64,000 nucleotides of DNA from a virus. Lineage: Duplodnaviria > Caudoviricetes. The notes beneath the pieces are model-generated. The model did no database searches. It was not told the origin of the DNA and saw only the letters and a program-made list of their open reading frames with translations. The position numbers were made by a program, and so were the translations under genes. The stretch is from positions 1-64,000 of IMG/VR virus record IMGVR_UViG_3300020151_001109. One strand, written 5' to 3'. This document shows, piece by piece, positions 29,762-39,229 of the stretch (position 1 is the stretch's first letter; each line of letters opens with the position of its first letter).

Positions 29762-29888
29762 GTTAAGCTACGAACTGCTCATAGAATCCTATGACATTCT
29801 CAGCAAAAACTACCCTGGATGGACCCTAGACGACATAAAGCATCTCTCATTTAGAGAGAGAACCATGTGGATACTACGAATTAGATAG
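29742..29888 (+). CDS. Frameshift-accessed chaperone extension (+1 frame)
   Basis: Open +1 frame with no usable start: SYELLIESYDILSKNYPGWTLDDIKHLSFRERTMWILRIR; slippery CTA TTT CAA at 29747-29755. Confidence 0.6.
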   Translation, partial: RNYFKSELSYELLIESYDILSKNYPGWTLDDIKHLSFRERTMWILRIR

Positions 29889-29900
29889 GCGGTGATTTAA

Positions 29901-32774
29901 ATTAGCACTCAAAATATGATTGAGCCAACTGATGCCGAGGGCATTGCGGAAGCTTTTGTAAAGAAAATGAATATGGTCGAAAAGATCATAATGCGAGTTG
30001 CTGGTCACACCGACAAAATTAAAAAAAATGGCGAAGGATTTGCCGATGCTATGGCCGGACGCAGGCCAGGAAGCAGTAACTTAGGTTTAGGAACCGTAGT
30101 TGGAAGCTTTACCCGCAATGAAAAAATAATGGGCGGGGCCGCAATAGCTGGCGGAACATTTATGAGCATGGCTCCAAATACCATGTCAGCTGTTGCGCAA
30201 AGAATGTATGCCGACTCTGTTGCAGGCCTAAGCGGCATGAAATCTCGAGAAGTAATTACCCAGTCTAACCGTTTAGTTAACGGAGCTACAAGTGCTGGTG
30301 GCCCTACTGCGGCTGCATCAAACTTGTTTTATCAGGGTGGATACTCAGCAAGTTCTGTAAGCTCTAAAAACATAATGTCTCAGCTTGGCGGATTAAGCGC
30401 CATTACTGGTGGGACTAACGAACAAACTGCTTCAAGTATTGCCGGAATAAACGGTGCCCTATTTTTACGGCTAGGCGTAAACATCAGAGATGATAAAGGC
30501 AATCTAAAGCCTATGAACCAGATCATCAACTCAGTATATAACATGCTGTATGGTGGTCGAGCAATTACAGAAGAACAAGCAGCTAAACTTCTAAACCCAA
30601 ATTCTAAGGGTTACTCAACTCTTATGTTGATCTGTGGTGGGGATGCAAACCTATTTTCAACAATTGCCATGGGTGTCATAACTCGAGCACGAAAAGGAAA
30701 AGGTCTTACAAAGAAAGATCTAGGAAGTGCACAGTCAGCTTTAACTGCTATGGGCGTAGAGTCTGGGAGCCCAACAAGAGCAAACTTTAGATTTCAAGCT
30801 GGACAAAATGCGGCATTGCAGTCTACTGAAGGTGGTCTTGTTGGTGGTTACAATACATCTTTAAATGTAGTTGGAGCACTTAATCAAGGATTTGCAGATC
30901 TTGCTTCTGCACTTGGGCCAGTAACCGGCGGCTTAATGGGATTAAAGGGAGTTCTTCAATCACTACCTAATGCCGGAAATATGGGCGGAACTATATCCGG
31001 CATTGGAAGCATGGGTATGGGAATAGCCAGCACAGCTATGAACGCGGCTATCATGGGTCGTGTAATGGGTATAGGAAGATTTGGTGCTGGAAAAAGTACT
31101 GCGCAAAATATTGCAGCTGGTGGTACTAAAGGTCGTTTTGGTTTAGGTGGAAAACTTGGTGGCGCCTCTTTACTAGGCGTTCTTGCCCAGCTAGGTATTA
31201 ACCAGATTCCAGGAGTTAAAAATAATTCAGAGAGCGGTATTGTTAAGTATGGCAATATGGCCGCAACTATGGGTATTGGAGCTGCTAGCGGCGCAGCATT
31301 AGGATCTATGATCGCCCCAGGTATTGGAACGGCTATTGGAGCCGTACTTGGAACTGGCTATGGTTTATATCAAGGTTTGTCTGGCCAAGGGGGGCCTAAT
31401 GACGAACACGGGATTGGTGGGGATAACAACATGCCCGGCAAAGGATCTGCCGGAACATTCTCTTTACCGGTTCCTGAAGGAACTCAAGTATCCTCGCACT
31501 TTGGTCGTCGTAAAGGCGGAAATGGAATTAGCTCTAATCACCGTGGTATGGATTTTCGTGTTGGCGAAAATACAAACATTACCGCTGCTGCTGATGGCGT
31601 TGTTACTGAAGTTGGTAACGGCGGTGGTTATGGAAACTACGTAATTATTAAGCACGGCACTAAGTCAACCTTGTATGGTCACTTAAATCGTGCAATGGTT
31701 ATGGTCGGTCAATCAGTTAAAAACGGCCAAGTAATTGCTAAGTCCGGTGGCCGTAAGGGAGCCCCTGGAGCTGGTGCGTCTACTGGCCCACACCTTCACT
31801 TTGAAGTTAGAGATAATGGTGGACGTGGTGCGCAAGGTCGCGTAGATCCTAAGGGCTTCTTTGGTAAAGCAGCTAACTTTATAACCAAGACTTTTAAATC
31901 TGGATTAAATATGGTTAAAAACGTATTTTCTAGAGCTACTGGTGGGCTATTTGGTAGGCAAGAGGCGTTTCATAACTCTCAACTAGGTCCTAGCCCCACA
32001 AGTTTAAGCGGATTAAGTAGCGCAGCGCTGTCTTCTTTATTAGCTGGGACATTAGGTTCAGGTAGGGAGATTGGGTCTGAAGATCTTGATAAGTTTACTA
32101 CCGGATACTCCCGCAGAAATGTAGCAATCTCTGAGGGCATTTCCGGAACATTAAATAGTTCTGATGACGCCGTTTCTTCTCAACTTCCCGGAGGAAGTAG
32201 GGCAGCCTATATTCGTATGCTTAGAAACGCCGGGTTTTCTGGTAAATCTTTAGAAACCGCATTTGCCGTATCTCTTGCAGAATCTAGAGGTAATCCTAAA
32301 GCATTTAATAATAAGAAACGTGACCTATCTTACGGCTTGTTCCAAATCAATATGAAAGATGACGATCCAAAGAGCCCAAATATGGGTCGCAATCGTCGTA
32401 AGCAATTCGGAATTAAAAACAACGAAGCTTTATACAACCCCAACACAAACATACGCGCTGCCTATGAAGTTTCTGACAAGGGTGGTTGGTGGAAACAATG
32501 GGCTACTTATAACGACGGAACATTCCTTAAGTATATGGACGACGCTAAGCGTGCAAAAGAGTCTGCTGGCATTGGTGGGGGTCAGGAGTCTTACTCTGGT
32601 GGGATGATGTCTTCTGGAACCTCTACAAAAGAGGCTCACCATAAGGGAGAAATAACCGTAAATATGAACGTAAGTATTGCTAGTGCGAGCCAAGCTGATA
32701 CTGAAAGACTATTCAAAGAGTTTAGTAGAAAACTTAAAAGAGCTATTGAAGAGAACGAAGTTAGGACTTACTAA
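29901..32774 (+). CDS. Tape measure protein with M23 peptidase and SLT/lysozyme-like domains
   Basis: Ala/Gly-rich helical N-half; M23 motifs HRGMD, YGHL and HLHFE; C-terminal AESRGN...SYGLFQIN. The SD fits an ATT start at 29901; the first ATG is at 29916. Confidence 0.88.
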   Translation: MSTQNMIEPTDAEGIAEAFVKKMNMVEKIIMRVAGHTDKIKKNGEGFADAMAGRRPGSSNLGLGTVVGSFTRNEKIMGGAAIAGGTFMSMAPNTMSAVAQRMYADSVAGLSGMKSREVITQSNRLVNGATSAGGPTAAASNLFYQGGYSASSVSSKNIMSQLGGLSAITGGTNEQTASSIAGINGALFLRLGVNIRDDKGNLKPMNQIINSVYNMLYGGRAITEEQAAKLLNPNSKGYSTLMLICGGDANLFSTIAMGVITRARKGKGLTKKDLGSAQSALTAMGVESGSPTRANFRFQAGQNAALQSTEGGLVGGYNTSLNVVGALNQGFADLASALGPVTGGLMGLKGVLQSLPNAGNMGGTISGIGSMGMGIASTAMNAAIMGRVMGIGRFGAGKSTAQNIAAGGTKGRFGLGGKLGGASLLGVLAQLGINQIPGVKNNSESGIVKYGNMAATMGIGAASGAALGSMIAPGIGTAIGAVLGTGYGLYQGLSGQGGPNDEHGIGGDNNMPGKGSAGTFSLPVPEGTQVSSHFGRRKGGNGISSNHRGMDFRVGENTNITAAADGVVTEVGNGGGYGNYVIIKHGTKSTLYGHLNRAMVMVGQSVKNGQVIAKSGGRKGAPGAGASTGPHLHFEVRDNGGRGAQGRVDPKGFFGKAANFITKTFKSGLNMVKNVFSRATGGLFGRQEAFHNSQLGPSPTSLSGLSSAALSSLLAGTLGSGREIGSEDLDKFTTGYSRRNVAISEGISGTLNSSDDAVSSQLPGGSRAAYIRMLRNAGFSGKSLETAFAVSLAESRGNPKAFNNKKRDLSYGLFQINMKDDDPKSPNMGRNRRKQFGIKNNEALYNPNTNIRAAYEVSDKGGWWKQWATYNDGTFLKYMDDAKRAKESAGIGGGQESYSGGMMSSGTSTKEAHHKGEITVNMNVSIASASQADTERLFKEFSRKLKRAIEENEVRTY

Positions 32775-34468
32775 TGGCCGTAACCTACTACTACAACGTA
32801 TATTTACAGCAACACTTAAATGGTGTATGGGTAAATATAGAAACTCAAACCGCTAAAATTAACTTTATAGACTTTAAAGATAGCGGCAATGTCCAGGTAT
32901 CGCCAACAGATCAAGCTGGAAACCAACTTGGTAGCCAAAGCCAATTACAGTGGGCAATAAAGGCCTATAAAAAAGACGGCACTACTATTACCCAATTAAA
33001 TGGCGATCAAGTTAGGGTAGTAAGGGCCACCTTTACGAACCTTCTTGATGGAATTCAAACTTGGAATAATCTATACTTTACCGCTCAAATTAACAAACTT
33101 GCGTTAAATTTACAAGCTCTTAAATTTCCGTACGTAATTACCCCATCATTTACAGTAACGCACAAGGGTACTCATACCGGTTTTCCTGCGGATGGTACAT
33201 CAATATCTAGAGCAAACATTGCCGGTAAGGACTTTACGGGAGTTCAAACAGTTTCGTTTACAAAAGCTGAAACTTTTCCCGCAATTCCAAAAGGGCTTAT
33301 TGCTGAGTTAGACATTGAATATGCTGGTGCGGCACCTATACGAAAGACTGATAACATTCACTACGATAGCGATTTAAAACAATACGTCGGTATAAAGCGG
33401 GTTGTAAACACTACTACACAGGAAACTACTTACTTTGCTTTGTACTACAATCCTGGAGCAAATGGGACTAAAGTTAAAGAAGTTGAGATTGGAAAAGACC
33501 CTAAAAAGTTTTTAAATGGTAGCAAAGGCCCGGCATACAAAGCCGCTATGGCAGTACTTATTGACGCAATTGTAAGTGGAAAAGTTACAAACGTAAAAGT
33601 TCCAAAAGAGTCAGATAAAAATGGAAAAGGAAACGTATCTCCAAGAGAACCTCAAGGTAAAGAACGTTGGAATCCCCCTCCCCACATAGCTACAAAAGGA
33701 AGATTAAGAGGGTTTGAATGGGTAGAAAAAGATAACTCTGTTGGCGCTAACAATGAAGAAGTAGTTAATAGGCTTGTTGCTGCCGGAGAACTTGGAAGAA
33801 TTTATCAGGATAAAAACAGCGCGAATGCTGTAAACCTAAATCCTGAACTATCTAAAAAAGGTGAGTTGTGGGGTTTTCGTTTTATGTATAACCCAACAAC
33901 TATTTCGTATAATACGTCCGGAGTATCCTATGACTATACAGATACTGCTGATGTAGCCACCCTTTTAACTGGAAATATGAAAGTTAGTTTGCAGCTATAC
34001 TTAAATAGAATTGTAGATTTGACTGAGCTTACCAGCAAACGTACCCCAACTAAATCTCCATATACTCCACCATTAAGTGAAGACGCTAAACAAGGCATCT
34101 TAAATAGAGGTACTGAATACGACATTGAGTTTCTATACCGAGTTTGTAATGGAGACCCTAGCACCACAACAGGATTAGATCCTTTGCTTGGATATCCAGG
34201 AATAACCGCGGATAGTGGTCTTTTAAAACTAGTCCCCGTGTGGTTGCATCTTCATAACAGTTATAAAATTTTTGGTGCTGTGTCAAACTTATCGGTAAAT
34301 CATGTTCTTTTTGATAAGCGTATGGTACCTATGCTTAGCACTGTAGATATCACAATTGATCGTTACCCAGCAATATTTAATAACTCATATGATCCAAATA
34401 CCCCAGCAACGGAGGCGTTTAAGAAACGTTATGGTGGTCAAGGACAAGAGGAAGAGGGTAAAGACTAA
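32774..34468 (+). CDS. Baseplate tube-initiator-like protein
   Basis: C-terminal GFRFMYNPTTISY...VNHVLFD..MVP pattern; follows the tape measure gene. Confidence 0.55.
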   Translation: MAVTYYYNVYLQQHLNGVWVNIETQTAKINFIDFKDSGNVQVSPTDQAGNQLGSQSQLQWAIKAYKKDGTTITQLNGDQVRVVRATFTNLLDGIQTWNNLYFTAQINKLALNLQALKFPYVITPSFTVTHKGTHTGFPADGTSISRANIAGKDFTGVQTVSFTKAETFPAIPKGLIAELDIEYAGAAPIRKTDNIHYDSDLKQYVGIKRVVNTTTQETTYFALYYNPGANGTKVKEVEIGKDPKKFLNGSKGPAYKAAMAVLIDAIVSGKVTNVKVPKESDKNGKGNVSPREPQGKERWNPPPHIATKGRLRGFEWVEKDNSVGANNEEVVNRLVAAGELGRIYQDKNSANAVNLNPELSKKGELWGFRFMYNPTTISYNTSGVSYDYTDTADVATLLTGNMKVSLQLYLNRIVDLTELTSKRTPTKSPYTPPLSEDAKQGILNRGTEYDIEFLYRVCNGDPSTTTGLDPLLGYPGITADSGLLKLVPVWLHLHNSYKIFGAVSNLSVNHVLFDKRMVPMLSTVDITIDRYPAIFNNSYDPNTPATEAFKKRYGGQGQEEEGKD

Positions 34469-34749
34469 TGCCTATTGAAAGAGTATCTAGGTACTATGAC
34501 GGTACCTTAGCTCAAGTTACTTCCGGACCAGAATCTAAATTTCAAATTGCTGTTTTTAGACTATGGCCAGATGGTAAAGAAGTAACTTATTTTAACCACA
34601 CCTGGGTTATTACTGATTCTTTAGCAGCCCTAGCTCAATCTTATTGTGGTGGTTCTAAGTATTGGTGGGAAATTATGGATATAAACCCGGAAATTCTAGA
34701 CCCCTTTAACATAGAGCCAGGAACAGTAATTAGGATTCCAAATGAATAG
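34468..34749 (+). CDS. LysM-like baseplate (tail X/gp53-like) protein
   Basis: DSLAALA..Y.G...WWEIMDINP...P..I.PGTVIRIP. Confidence 0.75.
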   Translation: MPIERVSRYYDGTLAQVTSGPESKFQIAVFRLWPDGKEVTYFNHTWVITDSLAALAQSYCGGSKYWWEIMDINPEILDPFNIEPGTVIRIPNE

Positions 34750-35584
34750 GCCGATAATAGCCCAGTACATTTGGAGATCTGACGTATATGGGGCGTCTTA
34801 TAAGGTTGAATTTCCTAACCTACCATCTATTGAATTTTTAATTATGAGCGCTGAATTAAAACAGTCTATAGAAGAACACGATATGCTCATAATTAGGGTT
34901 AAAGGAAAGCCAAGTAAAAAAGAAACACAGCTCGCCTATGGTGATCCTGTAAAGTTTACGTATAGGTCTGGAAAAACTAAGTCTGTATTTGTGGGCAAAG
35001 TTGATCGCATATACCAAACAGGTGGTGTGAGCGGCGTTACAAACACAATAATTAAGTGTATTTCTGCCTCGGCCTGTTTAAAGGATAGTACTCAAGAAAT
35101 TCATACAAACGTAACTGCGGACCAAGTAGTATCAAAAGTTTGCAATAGATTTGGGCTATCTTCAGTAGTACAGCGTGATCCTAGGGTGCGAAAAGCTATA
35201 GTCCAATCTGGACAAACATATTGGCAATTATTTAGAAGTTTAGCTAAACAGACTGGGTTTGCTTTACGCGCAGAAAATACTACAGTTACTTTTTGTTCTA
35301 AAGATAAAATTACCGCCAGTAAAAAAAGCCAAGCGCCGTATTTTTACTACGTAGACAATAAGTCAAACGCAACAGTAAGTCCCTTGGAAAGAGCTTTGGG
35401 ATCTATACTTTACTTTAGACCTACAATTACAGACGCTTCTCCTGAGGCTGGGGTTAAGGTTGACCGCGTAATAAGCGGAAAAAGCCAAAATGGCAAGCAG
35501 ACTATTAAAACGGTACACCCGCATATTGACAAAAAAACTCCTCAAAAGGGTGCCGTAAAGCCTAGTGAGGATTATTTCCTATGA
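34742..35584 (+). CDS. Baseplate hub (gpD/gp27-like), N-terminal part
   Basis: Q.GQTYWQLFRSLAKQTGF motif; position. Confidence 0.65.
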   Translation: MNRPIIAQYIWRSDVYGASYKVEFPNLPSIEFLIMSAELKQSIEEHDMLIIRVKGKPSKKETQLAYGDPVKFTYRSGKTKSVFVGKVDRIYQTGGVSGVTNTIIKCISASACLKDSTQEIHTNVTADQVVSKVCNRFGLSSVVQRDPRVRKAIVQSGQTYWQLFRSLAKQTGFALRAENTTVTFCSKDKITASKKSQAPYFYYVDNKSNATVSPLERALGSILYFRPTITDASPEAGVKVDRVISGKSQNGKQTIKTVHPHIDKKTPQKGAVKPSEDYFL

Positions 35585-36177
35585 CAGCTAGTTTTTCTAA
35601 AAAAACCGCTAAAGCAGCTTTTAAAAAACACTACCCATATGAAGTAGTTTCTAACGTAAATGACTCAAAACTTTTAGCAAATGCGTTAAGTAATACAAGC
35701 CGGTACCAATATACCATGGAGGTTACGGTTGTTGGTAACTCAGATATTAGGCCTTACGACCCCATTTATCTAGACAACCTTCCTAACGAGCTTTCTGGAT
35801 ATTGGACCGTGCTATCTGTATCCCACCAATTTAATGGTAGAAAAGGATATTACCTACTTGACCTAGTTGTTGGGGCAGAAACTCTCGGAGACGTTAATCC
35901 AAATGCGTATAAAGCAACTCAATACAGAGATGTAGAGGGGGAGCTTTCTGGACAGTCGTTAACTGTGGCGGAGTCTCAACTAACCGAGATATCTCTTTCT
36001 CCCAACAGTTCTGAATTTCAAGATGTTGATTATGACGGAGTAGGCCCAAAAATAACTCAACCGTCAAACTCATTCTCTAACTTAGCTACTAATCCCTACC
36101 TAATCAAACCCCCATCACTTAAAGGCGTAAAAAATAAGGTGGCGTGGTCTGCAAAGAAGGGTAGTAAAATAATCTAA
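35581..36177 (+). CDS. Baseplate hub (gpD-like), C-terminal part
   Basis: GNSDIRP..PIYL....LSGYW.V.SVSHQF motif. Confidence 0.6.
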   Translation: MTASFSKKTAKAAFKKHYPYEVVSNVNDSKLLANALSNTSRYQYTMEVTVVGNSDIRPYDPIYLDNLPNELSGYWTVLSVSHQFNGRKGYYLLDLVVGAETLGDVNPNAYKATQYRDVEGELSGQSLTVAESQLTEISLSPNSSEFQDVDYDGVGPKITQPSNSFSNLATNPYLIKPPSLKGVKNKVAWSAKKGSKII

Positions 36178-36680
36178 TGAATGATTACAGCAATAGTTCA
36201 TATGGAGTAGATCCACTTGGACGCCCTAGATTTTTTGGTGTGTACGTGGGCAAGGTGCTAGATATTGATGACCCACTAAAAAAAAGCCGTATTAAGATTT
36301 CTGTAAATCAACCTACAGGCGGGTCTAAAACCGGGTGGGCTGAAGCTTGTCTGCCTGTAACTAGTAACGCAAACCACCCGGATCACAAAGAACATGCCGC
36401 CTCTGAAATTGCTGCCTTGTTAACTACGCAAGCTGATAGCACAGGAAGTGGGGGCGGTTTAGACTCACACTCACATTCCATACCCGCATTAACTATTGTA
36501 GCCAAGTCTGGGGCAGCTTCTCTAGACCATGAGCGAAAAGTAACGTCAGATCCGCAAGAGACTAACATTACAGATGAACATACACCGCATAGACTTGTAC
36601 CTAGAAAATATCAAGAAGTTTGGGTCATGTACGTTGCCGGAGACCCTGAATTCCCTATATGGATTGGAGTTAGAGCCTAA
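36177..36680 (+). CDS. Baseplate spike (gp5/VgrG OB-fold)
   Basis: GVY.G.V.DIDDPL..SRIK, TGWA and P...QEVWV...GDPEFPIWIG motifs. Confidence 0.85.
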   Translation: MNDYSNSSYGVDPLGRPRFFGVYVGKVLDIDDPLKKSRIKISVNQPTGGSKTGWAEACLPVTSNANHPDHKEHAASEIAALLTTQADSTGSGGGLDSHSHSIPALTIVAKSGAASLDHERKVTSDPQETNITDEHTPHRLVPRKYQEVWVMYVAGDPEFPIWIGVRA

Positions 36681-37096
36681 TGCAAGCCATTGCCTACCCA
36701 TATACCGTAGACGTTTCAGGTGAAGTTCTTTCCACAACCTCTAATGGAAAAATTTACCTAGACCGTCTTGCTAATCTAATGAGCACACCCTTAGGTCAAC
36801 GCCCGATGCTACAAAACTACGGGGTTGATTTAAAACGAGCTTTATTTGAGAATGAATACATACACGACGGCGGTGAAGTTGTTTCTTTTAAAAAAGCTGT
36901 AGAACAGGCCGTAAGAGAAGCGATCAATACTTGGATGAGAGAAGTTGAGATCCGACAAATTGAAATCCTTCCCCCATTAGAAAACGGAACTAGCGAGATT
37001 AAAGTTGTTATATTGGTTCCTGGGGATGAACAAGTTAGTTTAACTACATCAACGGCAATTTTTGGAAACGATGGGACGGTTAGTAATACACAATGA
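36680..37096 (+). CDS. Baseplate wedge gp25/GpW-like protein
   Basis: L.TP.GQRPM...YG..L...LFE motif. Confidence 0.8.
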   Translation: MQAIAYPYTVDVSGEVLSTTSNGKIYLDRLANLMSTPLGQRPMLQNYGVDLKRALFENEYIHDGGEVVSFKKAVEQAVREAINTWMREVEIRQIEILPPLENGTSEIKVVILVPGDEQVSLTTSTAIFGNDGTVSNTQ

Positions 37097-38640
37097 GCGA
37101 AATTCAAATTGACTATACTTCTAGAGACTACTCTGCACTTAAAAATGAGTTAGTCAACTTAGTTAACCTAAAGACGGGGGGTTCTTGGAACCCAACAGAC
37201 CCCTCAGATCTTGGAAATGCGTTGCTAGAAGCTTTTGCATATATGGGTGACATTATGTCCTATTACATTGACCGTGTTGCTAATGAGACTCAAGTAGAAA
37301 CAGCCGTAAAACTAGAAACTCTGTTAAATTTTGCATCCCTATATGGCTACCGCCCGTCAGGTCCTACGCCAGCTACAGTGACAGTATCATTTACAAACGA
37401 TAGTGATGCTCCTATAAGCTTGCCTGTTGGAACTCAAGTTATGGCTCCCCTTAACTACGGCCCATTCTCTCAAGCATACTTTGAAACTACACAGCCTTAT
37501 ACGGCTATTGCCCCAAATGCAACAGTAAACGTAGTTTGTGTTGAAGGAAAGACTGTAAACACAGACAAAGAAGACTATATCGATCCCGTATACCATAAGC
37601 CTTTGCCGTCTAGTATTGGAACCTCTACCGGAAGCGCAAACCAATCTTTCCAAATTCTTGAAAGCGGAATTATTGACGCCTCTCTTGTTGTCTACGTAGG
37701 TCAGGGTGTGGCGTTCGCTCCTTGGCAATATGTTGATAACCTTGTAGAGTATGGCCCAAATGACCTAGTATTTACGGCAAATCAAAATACAGATGGAACT
37801 CTAAACGTATTATTTGGTGACGGCATTAACGGATCTATACCTCCTGCTTCACAAGCAATTAGTGCTACTTACAAAATTAGCGTAGGTCGTTATGGAAATG
37901 TTATTTCCGGTGCGGTAAGTGAAGTCTCATTTATTCCTGGAAATATTGATCCGGAAGCAATTTCATTCTTTACTGTAAATAACTCTGCCGCTGCAACTGG
38001 TGGGGCAGACGCGGACAGCCAAACTCAGATTAGATCAAAAATTAAAGGCGCAATTATTTCACGAAATCGTGCCGTAACTCTAGATGACTACAGATATCTA
38101 TCATCTTTAGTTCCTCTTGTAGGAAAAACAAACTCTGCTTCTGCAGTGTATTCCTTAGTTAATGTATACCTTCAAGTACAAAATGACGGAAGCGCTACCC
38201 CGGGAATTATTTCAGGTTCAGTAACCCCTTCTTGGACAAGCCTTAAGCGAGATGTAGAGCAGTACATGAGTGATAAGGTTCCTGTAGGCGTAACCCTAAA
38301 CGTGTTGCCTCCTCAATACATGCCATTACGACTAGCGGTCACTGTGCTTATAAAAGATACATATAAGAGAAGTACCGCACAGCTAGACGTCTACAAGGCA
38401 CTTCTTGCCGGAGATACTGGTCTTTTTTCTTATGAAAAAAATACCTTTGGTAGAAAAATACCACTTTCATCAATAATTTCTGTGTTATCTCCATTAACTG
38501 GGGTAACTTCAGTATCTATAACAAAGTTAAACGTTGATGGCGGGGCATCTGCTCTAGACATCTCCCTAGAGCCAAATCAAATTCCGTACCTAATTCCAGC
38601 TAACCTGGAAATTACGGTATCTGGCGGAATCAACATATAA
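37093..38640 (+). CDS. Baseplate J / gp6-like wedge protein
   Basis: IDYTSRDY, SDLG..LLE.FAY, FGDG.NG.IP, ATGGAD and RAVTLDDY motifs. Confidence 0.9.
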   Translation: MSEIQIDYTSRDYSALKNELVNLVNLKTGGSWNPTDPSDLGNALLEAFAYMGDIMSYYIDRVANETQVETAVKLETLLNFASLYGYRPSGPTPATVTVSFTNDSDAPISLPVGTQVMAPLNYGPFSQAYFETTQPYTAIAPNATVNVVCVEGKTVNTDKEDYIDPVYHKPLPSSIGTSTGSANQSFQILESGIIDASLVVYVGQGVAFAPWQYVDNLVEYGPNDLVFTANQNTDGTLNVLFGDGINGSIPPASQAISATYKISVGRYGNVISGAVSEVSFIPGNIDPEAISFFTVNNSAAATGGADADSQTQIRSKIKGAIISRNRAVTLDDYRYLSSLVPLVGKTNSASAVYSLVNVYLQVQNDGSATPGIISGSVTPSWTSLKRDVEQYMSDKVPVGVTLNVLPPQYMPLRLAVTVLIKDTYKRSTAQLDVYKALLAGDTGLFSYEKNTFGRKIPLSSIISVLSPLTGVTSVSITKLNVDGGASALDISLEPNQIPYLIPANLEITVSGGINI

Positions 38641-38656
38641 AGAGATAGGTGAAAAA

Positions 38657-39220
38657 ATGACCGCTTCCTTCCCGTCCTCCGTACGCCAACTACAGGCTAA
38701 AATTGATATTCAAGATACAGTTTTAGCGGATCACATTAACGTAATCCAAGATGAAGTACGCGCTATTGAAACCTCTCTTGGTGCTTCAGTCAATGACACC
38801 AGTATTTTGGTCTCTAACTACTCCGGAACATTTGTTCAGGACATTAACTGGAACTCTTTGGGTGCTCGATTAAAGAATATTGAAGCTGGCCTAGTAAACG
38901 GAACAGGAAGCTCCGCAAACTACGTGGCTAAAACAGGAGATAACATTTCTCCTATTGCCGGAAGAACTGGCTTAACCATAACAGCCCGCACTGGAAACTT
39001 ATTTAATCTATTTGAAACTAGGGATTCATCAACCGCTCTAGGATTTAACGTAGATAATACAGGTAAGCCTAAAGTTGGAACTTTAAATGTTCTTTATGTA
39101 AGCAGCACGGACTATGTTACACTAACTAACTCTATTACTGCTGCGGCAGCTCAAGCCGCAACAGCTACAGCAATAGCTAACGCGGCGTCAATTAGCCCAT
39201 TCTTATTTGCGGGGATGTAA
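38657..39220 (+). CDS. Short tail fibre/baseplate protein
   Basis: ASFP.S...V.A.HIN.IQDEV.AIE..LG N-terminus; ends in SPFLFAGM. Confidence 0.6.
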   Translation: MTASFPSSVRQLQAKIDIQDTVLADHINVIQDEVRAIETSLGASVNDTSILVSNYSGTFVQDINWNSLGARLKNIEAGLVNGTGSSANYVAKTGDNISPIAGRTGLTITARTGNLFNLFETRDSSTALGFNVDNTGKPKVGTLNVLYVSSTDYVTLTNSITAAAAQAATATAIANAASISPFLFAGM

Positions 39221-39229
39221 ATTTAAAAC

